Positions 15,958-25,407 of a stretch of 64,000 nucleotides of DNA are shown one piece after another. How positions within the stretch are numbered: the first letter of the stretch is position 1; every line of letters starts with the position of its first letter. This DNA is from an uncultured bacterium (GTDB taxonomy: Bacteria; Arandabacterota; Arandabacteria; JAGLYR01): the NCBI GenBank assembly GCA_964610505.1, contig CAZSXU010000024.1, positions 91 through 64,090 of the forward strand, in the 5' to 3' direction. The notes under the pieces are model-generated. The model was given only the letters and a program-made list of their open reading frames with translations, was not told the origin of the DNA and made no database searches. Made by a program: the position numbers and the translations under genes.

Positions 15958-18291
15958 CTATTCCCTGACGACCAGGAACAACAGGTTCGCGCTTTTCAGT
16001 CCCGCCATGAGGAAACACGTGTTCATCACGCCGAGGAGGGGAATCAGAAGGGATCCCACCAGAAGAGCTCCCAGGGCCGCGCCGAGATGATCGGCCGAAT
16101 CCACCAGACCGGCCGCCCTCGGGACGGTCGCGTTCACATCCAGATACAGCTGGCCCGCCAGTGGGAACTGGATTCCCGCCAGACATCCCGTAGCACCGGA
16201 CAACAGGAAGAACCACAGTTCGGTGGGAACGCCGATCGCCGTCCTTCCTGCATCCGACGGGAGAGCCAACAGCTCGGGTAGCGCCAGGCACAGAAGGATC
16301 ATGGCCGCGTCCACGCATCCCAGAACTCGCGCGGGCCGGATGGGTTTCGCCAAGCGCGCGCTTCCCAGCCGCCCGCCGAAGAAGAGCCCCAACATGAAGG
16401 TCGCCACGACGAGGCCCACTTTCTCATAGATGTATCCGAGCTGGTTCTGAAACGCGAACAGGATCGTAAGTTGAACGCCCATCGCCAGAAAACCGGTTGT
16501 GGCGATCGTCGAGAGGGCGTTGAAAGCGGGCCGGGAACGTTGAGACGAAGGATGCAGCGCGAGCCAGGCGAACCGGACCACCACACACAGAACGAGAGCG
16601 AGAAGCGGCATCCAGAGTCGAAGACCCGCGAGGCGCCTGAGAATGGGGCCGATCTGAGATTCCGAGAACCGGTCCCAGAGAAGCACCGTGTGAAAATAGG
16701 ATACGGGACGAGCGTCACGGTTGAGAATGCCTGCCGGGAAGGTCTCCAGCTCGGCCCGGAACCACGCGGTCCGCTCCGGCTGCACGAGATCGGAGTAGAG
16801 AAGAGGAGAGAAGTGCTCGGATGCAATGTTGCGGTCGGCGTATCGGGCGGCGAGCACGACCGGGTCTTTCGTGATCGAATCGGCGGATCGGGACGCGATG
16901 AACACATTCCGCTGCCCGGGAGTCACGAGGACGTGCGGGAACACCTTGAAGAGGGAATGGAAGAGAGTAGAGCGAAACGGCCCGACCTCCTCCCCCATGT
17001 AGTTGACGGCCCCGCCGACGCTGAAGGCAAAGGTGCCGCCCGGCCTCAGCCGGCCCGCCGCCTGCCGGAAGAACTCCACCGTGTAGAACCGGTTGAGCAT
17101 GGCCGTGGTGGGGTCCGGCAGGCGGGTGATCACGAGATCGTAGAGGTCCTCGGATATCCTCAGAAACGAGCGGCCGTCCATCATATGGATGTGAAGTCTG
17201 GGGTCATCAAACACCGACGCACTCTCTCCTCGGGAGAATCGGCGTGTGAGAGCAATCAGTTCGGGGTCGGTCTCGACGAAATCGAGACTTTCCACGGGGT
17301 GTTTGAGAATCTCCCGGAACATCTCGGGAGTTCCTCCGCCCAGGAGAAGAACCCGCCGCGGCTCGGGATGTTGAACGAGCAGCAGATGTGCCGCGATTGC
17401 CGCGTCGTACTCGTCGGGCAGCGAGAAGAGGGGAGCGCCGTTTCCGTAGAGCGTCGTCTGGCCGGCGAGTCCGCCGGCCGAGAGATGCTGATACTTGGAA
17501 TCCTTCCACTCGATCAGCTCGATGCCGGGGTGTCCGAATGTCCACCGGAGCAGGATGGTCTCCGTGTCAACCCATCGAGCGGCTCCGGCGAGCAGGAATC
17601 CCACGACGCCGACGGACAGAACGGTCACCGCCGTTCGCCCGAGGCGGGATCCGTTCCCTGATCCCGGCGCATGTAGAAGAACACACGCGGCCAGGAGCGG
17701 GAGGGCCGAGAGGGCCTCGACCGAGAGGTGATTCATGCGACCCGCAAACGCGTAGGTGAAGAGGGCGGCCCCGACCACGGACCCCGCGGTCTCGGCGACG
17801 TATATCGTCCCAATGCTCCGCGCCGGGCGAGAGGAGCGGCCCGCGTGGAGGGCGGAGGCCAGGGGAAACGTGAATCCGACGAAGAAGCTGAGGGGCATGA
17901 GGGCCAGGGCCGTCGCCAGGGTGATCTCTGCAAGCGGAATCAGCAGTCCCGGCGGGGTGCCCAGGATTCCGCGCAGGGCTCGAATGAGCACCGTCTGCAC
18001 CGGAAGGCAGATCAGCGCGATCAGGAGGGCACGAGACAGCCAGCGCCGGGGATCCTGAAGGCGGGGAATCGCGCGTGAAGCCACGGCCGCGCCCGCGGAT
18101 ACCCAGATGAGCCAGCACGCGAAAATGAGTCCCAAACTGAGCTCGCTCCCGTAGAAAATTACCAGGAGCTCTCGGACGAGAATGATCTGTCCGGTCATCG
18201 CGTAGAGGCCCATTCCGGCCAACGCCAGGAGGATCGACGCGCGCGAGACCTGTTCCCCCTCATGGTTGTCAAGCATCGCCATGTTCCACAC
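15958..18291 (-). CDS. Spermidine synthase (PABS)-like aminopropyltransferase fused between N- and C-terminal polytopic membrane domains
   Basis: An N-terminal multi-TM region is followed by a PABS/methyltransferase-fold core (VLLLGGGTPEMFREILKHP...VETDPELIALTRRF...HIHMMDGRSFL...YDLVITRLPDPTTAMLNRFYTVEFFRQAAGRLRPGGTFA), then another block of TM helices. Confidence 0.8.
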   Translation of the reverse strand: MWNMAMLDNHEGEQVSRASILLALAGMGLYAMTGQIILVRELLVIFYGSELSLGLIFACWLIWVSAGAAVASRAIPRLQDPRRWLSRALLIALICLPVQTVLIRALRGILGTPPGLLIPLAEITLATALALMPLSFFVGFTFPLASALHAGRSSRPARSIGTIYVAETAGSVVGAALFTYAFAGRMNHLSVEALSALPLLAACVLLHAPGSGNGSRLGRTAVTVLSVGVVGFLLAGAARWVDTETILLRWTFGHPGIELIEWKDSKYQHLSAGGLAGQTTLYGNGAPLFSLPDEYDAAIAAHLLLVQHPEPRRVLLLGGGTPEMFREILKHPVESLDFVETDPELIALTRRFSRGESASVFDDPRLHIHMMDGRSFLRISEDLYDLVITRLPDPTTAMLNRFYTVEFFRQAAGRLRPGGTFAFSVGGAVNYMGEEVGPFRSTLFHSLFKVFPHVLVTPGQRNVFIASRSADSITKDPVVLAARYADRNIASEHFSPLLYSDLVQPERTAWFRAELETFPAGILNRDARPVSYFHTVLLWDRFSESQIGPILRRLAGLRLWMPLLALVLCVVVRFAWLALHPSSQRSRPAFNALSTIATTGFLAMGVQLTILFAFQNQLGYIYEKVGLVVATFMLGLFFGGRLGSARLAKPIRPARVLGCVDAAMILLCLALPELLALPSDAGRTAIGVPTELWFFLLSGATGCLAGIQFPLAGQLYLDVNATVPRAAGLVDSADHLGAALGALLVGSLLIPLLGVMNTCFLMAGLKSANLLFLVVRE

Positions 18292-18524
18292 TCCGCCGAA
18301 AGCACCGGTTCCCTACAGTGTCCGAAAAGGCCGCTCACGTCAAGAACGACGGCGGCCGTTGACAGCGGCTTTGAGTGCATGCTAGCGTGCTGCATGTACA
18401 GACTCTCAGCGTGGGTATCACGGGGGGGATGGGGTGGAGCAGTAGATCATAATGCCTTTCTCCGAAATCTGTTGCTCTATTGGCCGATTGTTCCATGGCT
18501 CCGTCGAAACCGGAGATTCCGCGA

Positions 18525-19433
18525 ATGGACAGAATCTTTGACGTTGTCGGCGTCGGCTATACGGCGTATGACTACCTGGGCATTGTTCCGCACTTGCCGA
18601 AACCCGACACGAAGCTCGAGGTTCGTCAGCTGCTGGAGCAGGGAGGTGGACCGGTGTCCACGGCCCTGGTGACGGTGGCGAGACTCGGGAAAACGGCCGC
18701 CCTCATTGCGAAGATCGGCGGGGATACCCGCGGGCGCCTCATGCTGGACGACCTCAAGCGAGAGAACGTGGACACGAGCGGTGTTGTGGTTTCGCCCGAA
18801 CACCACTCCCAGTTCGCATTCATCATGGTGGAGCCCGGGAAGGGACACCGGACCATTCTGTGGGGACGCGCCGGACTACCCAACCTGGCCGAGGGAGAAA
18901 TCGACATCGATCTCGTCCGATCCGCGCGACTCCTCCACGTGGACAACCATGAGATTCCGGGCGCCATTCAAGCCGCCCGAGCGGCGAAGGCGGAGGGGAT
19001 TCCAATTCTGTTGGACGCCGGAACACCCGATGATCGAATCGAGGAATTGCTCTCCCTCGTGGATTTCGCCGTCGCTTCCCAGTCGTTTCCCGAGAAACTC
19101 ACCGGGCATGGGGATCGCCTCCGAGCCCTCCAGGCCATTCGGGACTACGGCCCGAAGGTGGCGGCCATGACACTGGGCCCGGACGGTGCCGTGGCCGTCA
19201 CGGAGGGCGGTGTCTTTCATTCACCCGGTTTCCCCGTGACGGTCGTGGATACCACCGGCGCGGGGGATGTCTTCCACGGCGCTTTCGCCTACGGGATCAT
19301 CGAGGGTTGGGCCATCCCGGAGATCCTGCGCTTCTCCAACGCCGTGGCGGCCATGAAGTGCGGTTCGTTGGGGGGAAGGACGGGGATTCCGAGCCGTTCG
19401 GAGGTCGAGGCATTTCTGAAGGGTGCAGGCTAA
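18525..19433 (+). CDS. PfkB-family carbohydrate/ribokinase-like kinase
   Basis: MDRIFDVVGVGYTAYDY...GGPVSTALV... with a C-terminal DTTGAGDVFHGAFAYGI (anion-hole/ATP motif). The track ORF starts at TTG 18480; ATG 18525 is preferred, with GGAG ~10 nt upstream. Confidence 0.85.
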   Translation: MDRIFDVVGVGYTAYDYLGIVPHLPKPDTKLEVRQLLEQGGGPVSTALVTVARLGKTAALIAKIGGDTRGRLMLDDLKRENVDTSGVVVSPEHHSQFAFIMVEPGKGHRTILWGRAGLPNLAEGEIDIDLVRSARLLHVDNHEIPGAIQAARAAKAEGIPILLDAGTPDDRIEELLSLVDFAVASQSFPEKLTGHGDRLRALQAIRDYGPKVAAMTLGPDGAVAVTEGGVFHSPGFPVTVVDTTGAGDVFHGAFAYGIIEGWAIPEILRFSNAVAAMKCGSLGGRTGIPSRSEVEAFLKGAG

Positions 19434-19455
19434 AGAGACTCGAAAGCCCAAACTC

Positions 19456-19560
19456 TAGCCACAGATTTCACGGATGGAATCGGGGCGATGGTTAAAGCCA
19501 TCGCCCCGAGAGTCTTCGCCGCAGTGAATCGTAGTCCATCTGTGAAATCTGTGGAAGGGG
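19456..19560. repeat. REP/MITE-like intergenic element: terminal inverted repeats CCACAGATTTCACGGATGG / CCATCTGTGAAATCTGTGG flanking GC hairpin CGGGGCGATGG-ttaaag-CCATCGCCCCG
   Basis: Read directly between the convergent PfkB (+) and YkgJ (-) genes. The same architecture, with the same CGGGGCGATG stem, recurs at 39701-39836. Degenerate copies are at 15791, 47989-48103 and 61136-61187. Confidence 0.6.
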
Positions 19561-19570
19561 TTACGCCTTG

Positions 19571-20131
19571 TCACCGTGTCGCGCTCTCGCGCTCGCGGAC
19601 CTTCACGCCGATGAACTTCAGGAAAGCCTCTTCGCTTCTGTTCTTTCTTCCCTTTCGGTTCCAACGCTTGACGATGTCGTCGAAGTCCCATTCCCGTCGC
19701 GAGAAAACGTCGTGGGATTTCTGGAGGTCCTTGAAAGCTTCGGGCGAGAGGGGCCCTTTGGTAATTCCTTTGCAGCCGTGGTGGCAATGAAGGTTGAACT
19801 CGGGTTCTTCCTCCGTCTCGTCCCGCGGGCAGTAAGGGTGCAGGGCGCACATGAGGGGGCGGTGGACGTAGATGGAACAGCGACCGTCACGGCGGAAGAC
19901 GCAGGTTTCGTTCCGGCGCTTCATTCCGATCATGCGGCGGCCGCCGTCCATCTCCAGCCACTGGTCGTCGGGCGCCGTACCTTCGTCGAAGTCATCCGGT
20001 TCGTAGAACTCGATGAAGTCCTCCGGGTCACACCCGACGTGCTTGATGATCACGTGTATGTCCCCGGCGACGATGAGCGGAATCTGCGAGCAACAGACTC
20101 CGCAGTTGCGGCATTCAAACTCCGGTGTCAA
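19571..20131 (-). CDS. YkgJ-family (UPF0153) cysteine-cluster protein
   Basis: An N-terminal CRNCGVCC cluster plus downstream C...C...CxxHxxC spacing is typical of YkgJ/Fe-S-cluster-oxidoreductase-like zinc/iron-binding proteins. Confidence 0.75.
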   Translation of the reverse strand: MTPEFECRNCGVCCSQIPLIVAGDIHVIIKHVGCDPEDFIEFYEPDDFDEGTAPDDQWLEMDGGRRMIGMKRRNETCVFRRDGRCSIYVHRPLMCALHPYCPRDETEEEPEFNLHCHHGCKGITKGPLSPEAFKDLQKSHDVFSRREWDFDDIVKRWNRKGRKNRSEEAFLKFIGVKVRERESATR

Positions 20132-20577
20132 AGAAACCCTCCCCCAAAAAGTAAATGCACGGGCCGGCGGCCTATGCGTCGGGCGTACGTCGATTCCAAA
20201 CTCTCGAAAGAATACGCCTATCCGCCGCGGCCGTCAAGCGCTTCCTCGAAGGAGGGATGTCGAATCGGGTGATTTTCCCCGCGGCGCGGGTTCCGCCCCA
20301 CCGACCTGCCGGCATCGTCCAACATACGCAAGCGGCCCCGTCGCTGCGGGATTCGTCGAATGCATTGTCAGGAAATGAAATTGACGGCTCCGGCGCAGGC
20401 TGCGTTCGGGGAACGGTTCTTGCATTGCTCCGGGAGGGGTGGAGATGAACAGGTCGATCCGGCCGGTGCCACCCAGGAGCGAACCCGATGACAATCCATC
20501 CCGGCACGTTCTTCGTAGATCAGCCGTTCGCACACCCCGGTCCGTATCGCCCCTGCGGATCGGGGTGTGTCGCTCGG

Positions 20578-22389
20578 ATGAGATGGGCCGTCGTTGTCGT
20601 CACCTGCATCGTGACGGCCGGATTCTCGAAGACCGCGACGGCCGGCGAAACGGTTCACGCCTCTCTCAAGTCGAAGATGCACGCGTCCGGTCCCGCCGAA
20701 CGAATTCCCGTAACCGTTGTGATTGACGCCGCCCCTGATGAATCGGGATTCAAGTGGAACCCGCCGCAATGTGAGACGGGGAGACGCCCGACTCTGGAGG
20801 AGAGACGTTGCGCGATCGCGGGACTCAAGGCGCGCTCCGAGGAGCGACGTGGTGATCTGCTCGAATGGCTGGCCGAGAACGGGAAAGGATCCGACACGGA
20901 CACGGCGCGGGCATTCTGGATTGTCGATGCCGTGACCGCTTCTCTGCCGCCGAGTGTCATCGCCGCGCTCGAGCACCATCCAACCGTTCGGTCGATCTAC
21001 CTGAGGGAACCCCGGGAGGTTCTCTGCACCACCGAGCGTACGGCGATTGCGACCGACGCCCCTCCTCCGGTGTGGTCCGTGACTCGAGTGGGCGCGGACA
21101 CCGTGTGGGCGCGGCACGGCATCGACGGCGCCGGGGTCCTGGTGGCCATGCTGGATACGGGCGTGGACTATACACATTCGGATCTCCAGAGTCGGATGTG
21201 GACGAATCCGCAAGAGATGCCGAACAACTTCATCGACGACGACGGCAACGGTTACGTGGACGATGTCTACGGCTACGATTTCGCACTCCGCGCCGGCGAT
21301 CCGATGGACGACGACGGCCACGGGACGCACACGGCCGGAAGCGTGGCAGGGGACGGCACGGGCGGTCTGGTGACCGGCGTCGCGCCGGGGGCCGGCATCA
21401 TGGCGCTCAAGGTCCTGGAGCATGGGATGGGAGAAGAAGAGGACGCATGGGAGGCCATCCAGTACGCGGTCGAGAATGGGTGCGACATCATCAACATGAG
21501 CATCGGCTGGATCCAGTGCGCGCATCATCCCGCCCGGGCGCTCTGGCGGCAGGCGTGTGAGAACGCCGTTGCGGCCGGGGTAGTGGTTCTGGCCGCGGCC
21601 GGAAACGAGCGGGACGATGAAGGGACCAGTCTATATTGCGATCCTCCCGAACAGATCCGGACCCCGGCGGACGTGCCGGCGGTGATTGCCGTCGGCGCGG
21701 TATCGGCCGGCGACTGGGTAAGCGATTTCAGTTCCGAGGGCCCTGTGACGTGGGCGTCGGTCGAAGGCTACGGAGATTACCCGTACCCGCCGGGACTCAT
21801 CAAGCCTGATTTCTGCGCGCCGGGGCAGAACATCAATTCGACTCTACTGGAGGGCGGCTACAGCGGCCCGACCCGGGCCGGCACGTCGATGGCCACGCCC
21901 CACGTGAGCGGCACCGTGGCGCTCATGCTCCAGGCCGATCCGTCTCTTGGGGTCGACGATATCGAGACCTTCCTTGAGGAAACCTGTCTGGATTTCTGGA
22001 TTCCCGGAAAGGACAACCTGTTCGGGTACGGGCGAATCCACGCGCTCTCGGCGGTCGAGGCCGTTCTCGCGGCCAGGACCACGGCCGTGGCGGCCGGCGA
22101 ACGGCCGTGGCGCGCGTCGTCCGATTTCGTCTGCCATCCGAATCCCTTCAATCCCGAGATCTTCCTTGAATTCAGCCTCGCCGCGCCGGGGACCGTGCGT
22201 CTCGCCGTCTATGACGTGGAAGGACGCATGGTCCGCTTGCTCGCCGAGGGAATGCTGCCGGCCGGGGGGCACCGGTTCCGCTGGGACGGAGTGGACGGAG
22301 GAGGTATCGGCGCCTCGAGCGGTGTGTACTTCTGCCGGTATGAATGTGATGGGATGGCCGACACTCGCAAAATCATTCTGGCGCGATAG
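20578..22389 (+). CDS. Subtilisin-like serine peptidase (S8) with Por_Secre_tail/FlgD-Ig-like C-terminal sorting domain
   Basis: Catalytic triad contexts VAMLDTGVDYTHSDL (Asp), HGTHTAGSVAG (His) and GTSMATPHVSGTVALM (Ser). The C-terminus CHPNPFNPEIFLEFSLAAPGTVRLAVYDVEGRMVRLL...GGHRFRWDG...SGVYFCRYE...RKIILAR is the sorting domain. Start is ATG 20578 (MRWAVVVVTCIVTAGFS signal). The track ORF begins at 20488. Confidence 0.9.
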   Translation: MRWAVVVVTCIVTAGFSKTATAGETVHASLKSKMHASGPAERIPVTVVIDAAPDESGFKWNPPQCETGRRPTLEERRCAIAGLKARSEERRGDLLEWLAENGKGSDTDTARAFWIVDAVTASLPPSVIAALEHHPTVRSIYLREPREVLCTTERTAIATDAPPPVWSVTRVGADTVWARHGIDGAGVLVAMLDTGVDYTHSDLQSRMWTNPQEMPNNFIDDDGNGYVDDVYGYDFALRAGDPMDDDGHGTHTAGSVAGDGTGGLVTGVAPGAGIMALKVLEHGMGEEEDAWEAIQYAVENGCDIINMSIGWIQCAHHPARALWRQACENAVAAGVVVLAAAGNERDDEGTSLYCDPPEQIRTPADVPAVIAVGAVSAGDWVSDFSSEGPVTWASVEGYGDYPYPPGLIKPDFCAPGQNINSTLLEGGYSGPTRAGTSMATPHVSGTVALMLQADPSLGVDDIETFLEETCLDFWIPGKDNLFGYGRIHALSAVEAVLAARTTAVAAGERPWRASSDFVCHPNPFNPEIFLEFSLAAPGTVRLAVYDVEGRMVRLLAEGMLPAGGHRFRWDGVDGGGIGASSGVYFCRYECDGMADTRKIILAR

Positions 22390-24133
22390 GATCAGACCGG
22401 TCCGATGCGGCCGACGACCGCAATAGCGCTTCGGCGCGCAACGTCGAGGCGGGAGCCAGCCCACTCGCCAGGGCTCTGGTGAGCTCCTCTCGGGCCCGCG
22501 CCGGATTTCCCGTCCGGGCATAGATCTGCCCCAGAAGGAAGTGGGGCTCTCCCTGCGTGGGATCCAGCGCGATCGATTGTTCAAGCGCGAGAACGGCCTC
22601 CTTGTCCCTCTTCGTCTGCGCGTAAAGAGCGCCCAGGCCCGTGAAGGCGTTGGCATAGGCAGGATCGATCTCGATCGCCTTCCGGAAATACCGTTCCGCT
22701 TGCTCCGTTTCACCCGCCGCCGCCGACATCCGCCCGAGATTGTTATGCGTTTTGGAGAAATCGGGATTGAGTTCAAGAGAGCGCTCGAATGCAAGGCGTG
22801 CGATCTCCCGGCGCCCGGCTTCGATGTAGGCGATTCCCAGGTTGTGGTGCGCCATGTAGTCGCCCGGTGAGCGAGTGGCGGTCGTTTCCCAGAGTGCCAC
22901 GCTGTTCTTCCAGATTCGGTTCTGTCCGATCGTGACCCCCGCGCAGAACACACACCATCCTGCGAGGACCATGGCAACGATCCTTCCCAGGGAACGGTTC
23001 TTCTCCCTCGAAATCTGAAAGAGAGCACCCAGCGCCAGACAGAATCCGACGGATGGAAGATACATGAACCGGTCGGCCCTGAGTGTCGAGAGAAGAACCA
23101 GATTGCCGGCCGGCAGGAGCGTCAGAGCAAACCACAGGGCGGCGAAACCGAAAGCTCTCCATCTTCGACCGATCCACACGGAGAAGAGGATCACCAGCAC
23201 AAGTCCGAGGATCGTTGCCACGGCTTCTGCGGAAGCGCCCGTTACGTACGCCGTGTCATAGCGAGGTGCGAGATGGAGAGGCAGCATCAGCGAGCCCAGG
23301 TAGGACAGGACGACCTTCGGCATGGTGAGAAGAGTGACGGCTCGACTCGCTGCATTCTCCGGATGAACGACGACGCCCGCGCGGCTGACGAAGAGCTCGA
23401 TCCACGCGAGTCCCAGACTCAGAAGGAGGTAGGGCAGATGTCTCGCGACGCACGCGCCCCGGCACACGGAGTCTCTCTCCCGGTTCCGGAGGAACCAGGC
23501 ATAGGTGGCGAAGAGCAGAAAAGGGAAGACCGCAGCCGTCACCTTCGAGAGAAGGGCAAGAGCCAGCAGGGCGAGAGACACTGCGTAGAGGCCCGGGTGG
23601 AATCGACCGGCGAGACGCGTTCGAAACGCGGCCAGGAGGTACGCGGCCAGGAAGAAGAGGGTCACGAGGACTTCGTTTCTGCCCGACGCCCACGCAACGG
23701 CCTCGACGTGAATCGGATGGACGGCGAACACAAGCGCCGCCGCAAACGCCGGTGCGGAGGCCAAACCCACGGCCAAAGCCAGAAGATAGACGAGGGTTGC
23801 GTTCAGCGAATGGAGGAGAAGGCTGTGCGCGTGAACCGCCGCCGGATTGAGCCCGCCCACCCGGTTGTCCAGAGCGTAGCTCAGCGTCCAGATCGGCCGG
23901 TAGATCCCTCGAATGCCGGACGTTCCCTCTTCCCCCGGCGTGAAGATCCGACGCACATGATCCGCATCCAATGTCCGGATGTGGGGGTTGTTGAGGATGA
24001 CCTCGGGATCGTCCCAGTTGGTGTAATCGTTGCCGATGGCGTTCACATAGACCAGCCACGCGGCCAGAAGGAGGATGGTGACGTGAAGCGCCGTGACTCT
24101 CGCGGAGGATCGCTTCGATGGCTGAGTGATCAT
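22373..24133 (-). CDS. Polytopic membrane protein with DUF2723/PMT_2-like N-terminal domain and C-terminal TPR repeats (TMTC/O-mannosyltransferase-like)
   Basis: ~11 predicted TM helices, then TPR units (YMAHHNLGIAYIEAGRREIARLAFERSLELNP..., NNLGRMSAAAGETEQAERYFRKAIEIDP..., FTGLGALYAQTKRDKEAVLALEQSIALDP...). Confidence 0.8.
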   Translation of the reverse strand: MITQPSKRSSARVTALHVTILLLAAWLVYVNAIGNDYTNWDDPEVILNNPHIRTLDADHVRRIFTPGEEGTSGIRGIYRPIWTLSYALDNRVGGLNPAAVHAHSLLLHSLNATLVYLLALAVGLASAPAFAAALVFAVHPIHVEAVAWASGRNEVLVTLFFLAAYLLAAFRTRLAGRFHPGLYAVSLALLALALLSKVTAAVFPFLLFATYAWFLRNRERDSVCRGACVARHLPYLLLSLGLAWIELFVSRAGVVVHPENAASRAVTLLTMPKVVLSYLGSLMLPLHLAPRYDTAYVTGASAEAVATILGLVLVILFSVWIGRRWRAFGFAALWFALTLLPAGNLVLLSTLRADRFMYLPSVGFCLALGALFQISREKNRSLGRIVAMVLAGWCVFCAGVTIGQNRIWKNSVALWETTATRSPGDYMAHHNLGIAYIEAGRREIARLAFERSLELNPDFSKTHNNLGRMSAAAGETEQAERYFRKAIEIDPAYANAFTGLGALYAQTKRDKEAVLALEQSIALDPTQGEPHFLLGQIYARTGNPARAREELTRALASGLAPASTLRAEALLRSSAASDRSDPIAPE

Positions 24134-24419
24134 TTGCTCGTCGCCCGGCTCGGGTAGTGAAGCTCAGTATCCGCCAGCGGGCACACGTGTGTCAATACTC
24201 CCTCGTGGGCGACGGGGCGCAGACCCAAACTCCAATCCCGGCCGACTTCGGTGTTCCAGCCTGCTTCATGCACAGACTTCCGGTCCTGGGGCCACGAATG
24301 GCCGCGGGCCGGAGCAATAGAGCAACTGGACAATAGGCCGCAATGGAGCCGGGTGTGCTTTTCTACGATGCCTCTTTCCGTAGTCTATTGCTCTATTGAT
24401 CGATTGCTCCATTGCTCTG

Positions 24420-24467
24420 CCCGGATGAAGCATGGCTCGGGGCACCGCGAGCCATGCTTCATCCGGG
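24420..24467 (-). terminator. Perfect 20-bp inverted repeat hairpin (CCCGGATGAAGCATGGCTCG-gggcaccg-CGAGCCATGCTTCATCCGGG) immediately 3' of the stop of the 24468..25157 gene
   Basis: Read directly. The stem abuts the stop codon (plus cta 24468-70). No U-tract follows, so intrinsic-terminator function is an inference. Confidence 0.5.
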
Positions 24468-25157
24468 CTAGTACCTGTACATCGACTTCATTTCACTCCA
24501 GGTTTGAAGCTCGTCTACGGGGCCGCCCTCGCACGGGTTGCCGATGGAGAAGCCATGGCCATAGATCACGGCGCCGTGGTGCTGGACGACGGGATCCTCC
24601 GCGAAATCGTCCGTGCAGTCGAGGGCGTAGTTGTGCGGGAAGGAGGCGTCGCTGTAGTTGCTCGGAGCGTAGTCGATGATGGTGGGTTCCATTCCGGAGA
24701 AATCAACCCGAAGGCGGCCGAAAACGACACCGCCGTCGGCTGACTGCGGTTCGAGACAGTGGGCGTTTCCCCAGGTGACGATGCGCCCGCCGCGCCATAC
24801 ATCTCCCAGGCTGGGAAACGCAGGGGCCGATCCGCACCATGTGATTTCCTCGAAAGACGCGCCGGAACCGGAAACAACCTCAAGAGCGAATTCGATCCCC
24901 GACAGTCCGCTCACGTTATACGCCACCAGGTAGATCGTCCCCTGATCGAAGGATGTGGCCAATTCCTCGGGCGTGAAGTCCCAGTCGATTTCCTCGCACG
25001 ATTGAGGGCAGTCGCTCGGGCAGCCGAGATAACGATCCGATGCCACGCAGTGCATGGCCAGCCGGACGCCGGTGTTCTCACCGGCGGCCGCGCGGCCGTC
25101 CCAGAGCGCTCCGGAAACCGTGATCACTGCAACCGACAGTAAGATTCGAATGTTCAT
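24468..25157 (-). CDS. Secreted hypothetical protein (Cys-rich N-terminal region)
   Basis: MNIRILLSVAVITVSGALW signal. No recognisable family. Start is ATG 25157 (the track starts at GTG 25181). Confidence 0.6.
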   Translation of the reverse strand: MNIRILLSVAVITVSGALWDGRAAAGENTGVRLAMHCVASDRYLGCPSDCPQSCEEIDWDFTPEELATSFDQGTIYLVAYNVSGLSGIEFALEVVSGSGASFEEITWCGSAPAFPSLGDVWRGGRIVTWGNAHCLEPQSADGGVVFGRLRVDFSGMEPTIIDYAPSNYSDASFPHNYALDCTDDFAEDPVVQHHGAVIYGHGFSIGNPCEGGPVDELQTWSEMKSMYRY

Positions 25158-25407
25158 ATCCACCCCCCTCACAAACTTCACCAGTGCATATCAACCGTAC
25201 TCACGAGACGCATGAGTGTCAAGAGACGCGATGAGATGAGGGAGAGACGGTGGGACAGACTCAAACCCGTGGGCCACGGATTTCGCAGAGGGCAACCCGT
25301 AGACTTTCAGCAGGGAGCCTTCACTACAGAGCACAGGGTCCACGAAGGGAGAAGGAAACGGGCGGTCTGCCGGCCGCCCGGGTCCAATCCTCCAATCGTC
25401 CGTTTTC

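Noticed and set aside
16471-17661. 396-aa plus ORF (plus 17207..18118 set)
   Set aside because: They are antisense to the spermidine-synthase membrane fusion gene.
20368-23028. Minus ORFs 20368..21528 and 21844..23028
   Set aside because: They are antisense to, or out of frame with, the S8 peptidase and TPR-membrane genes, and are Arg/Pro-rich.
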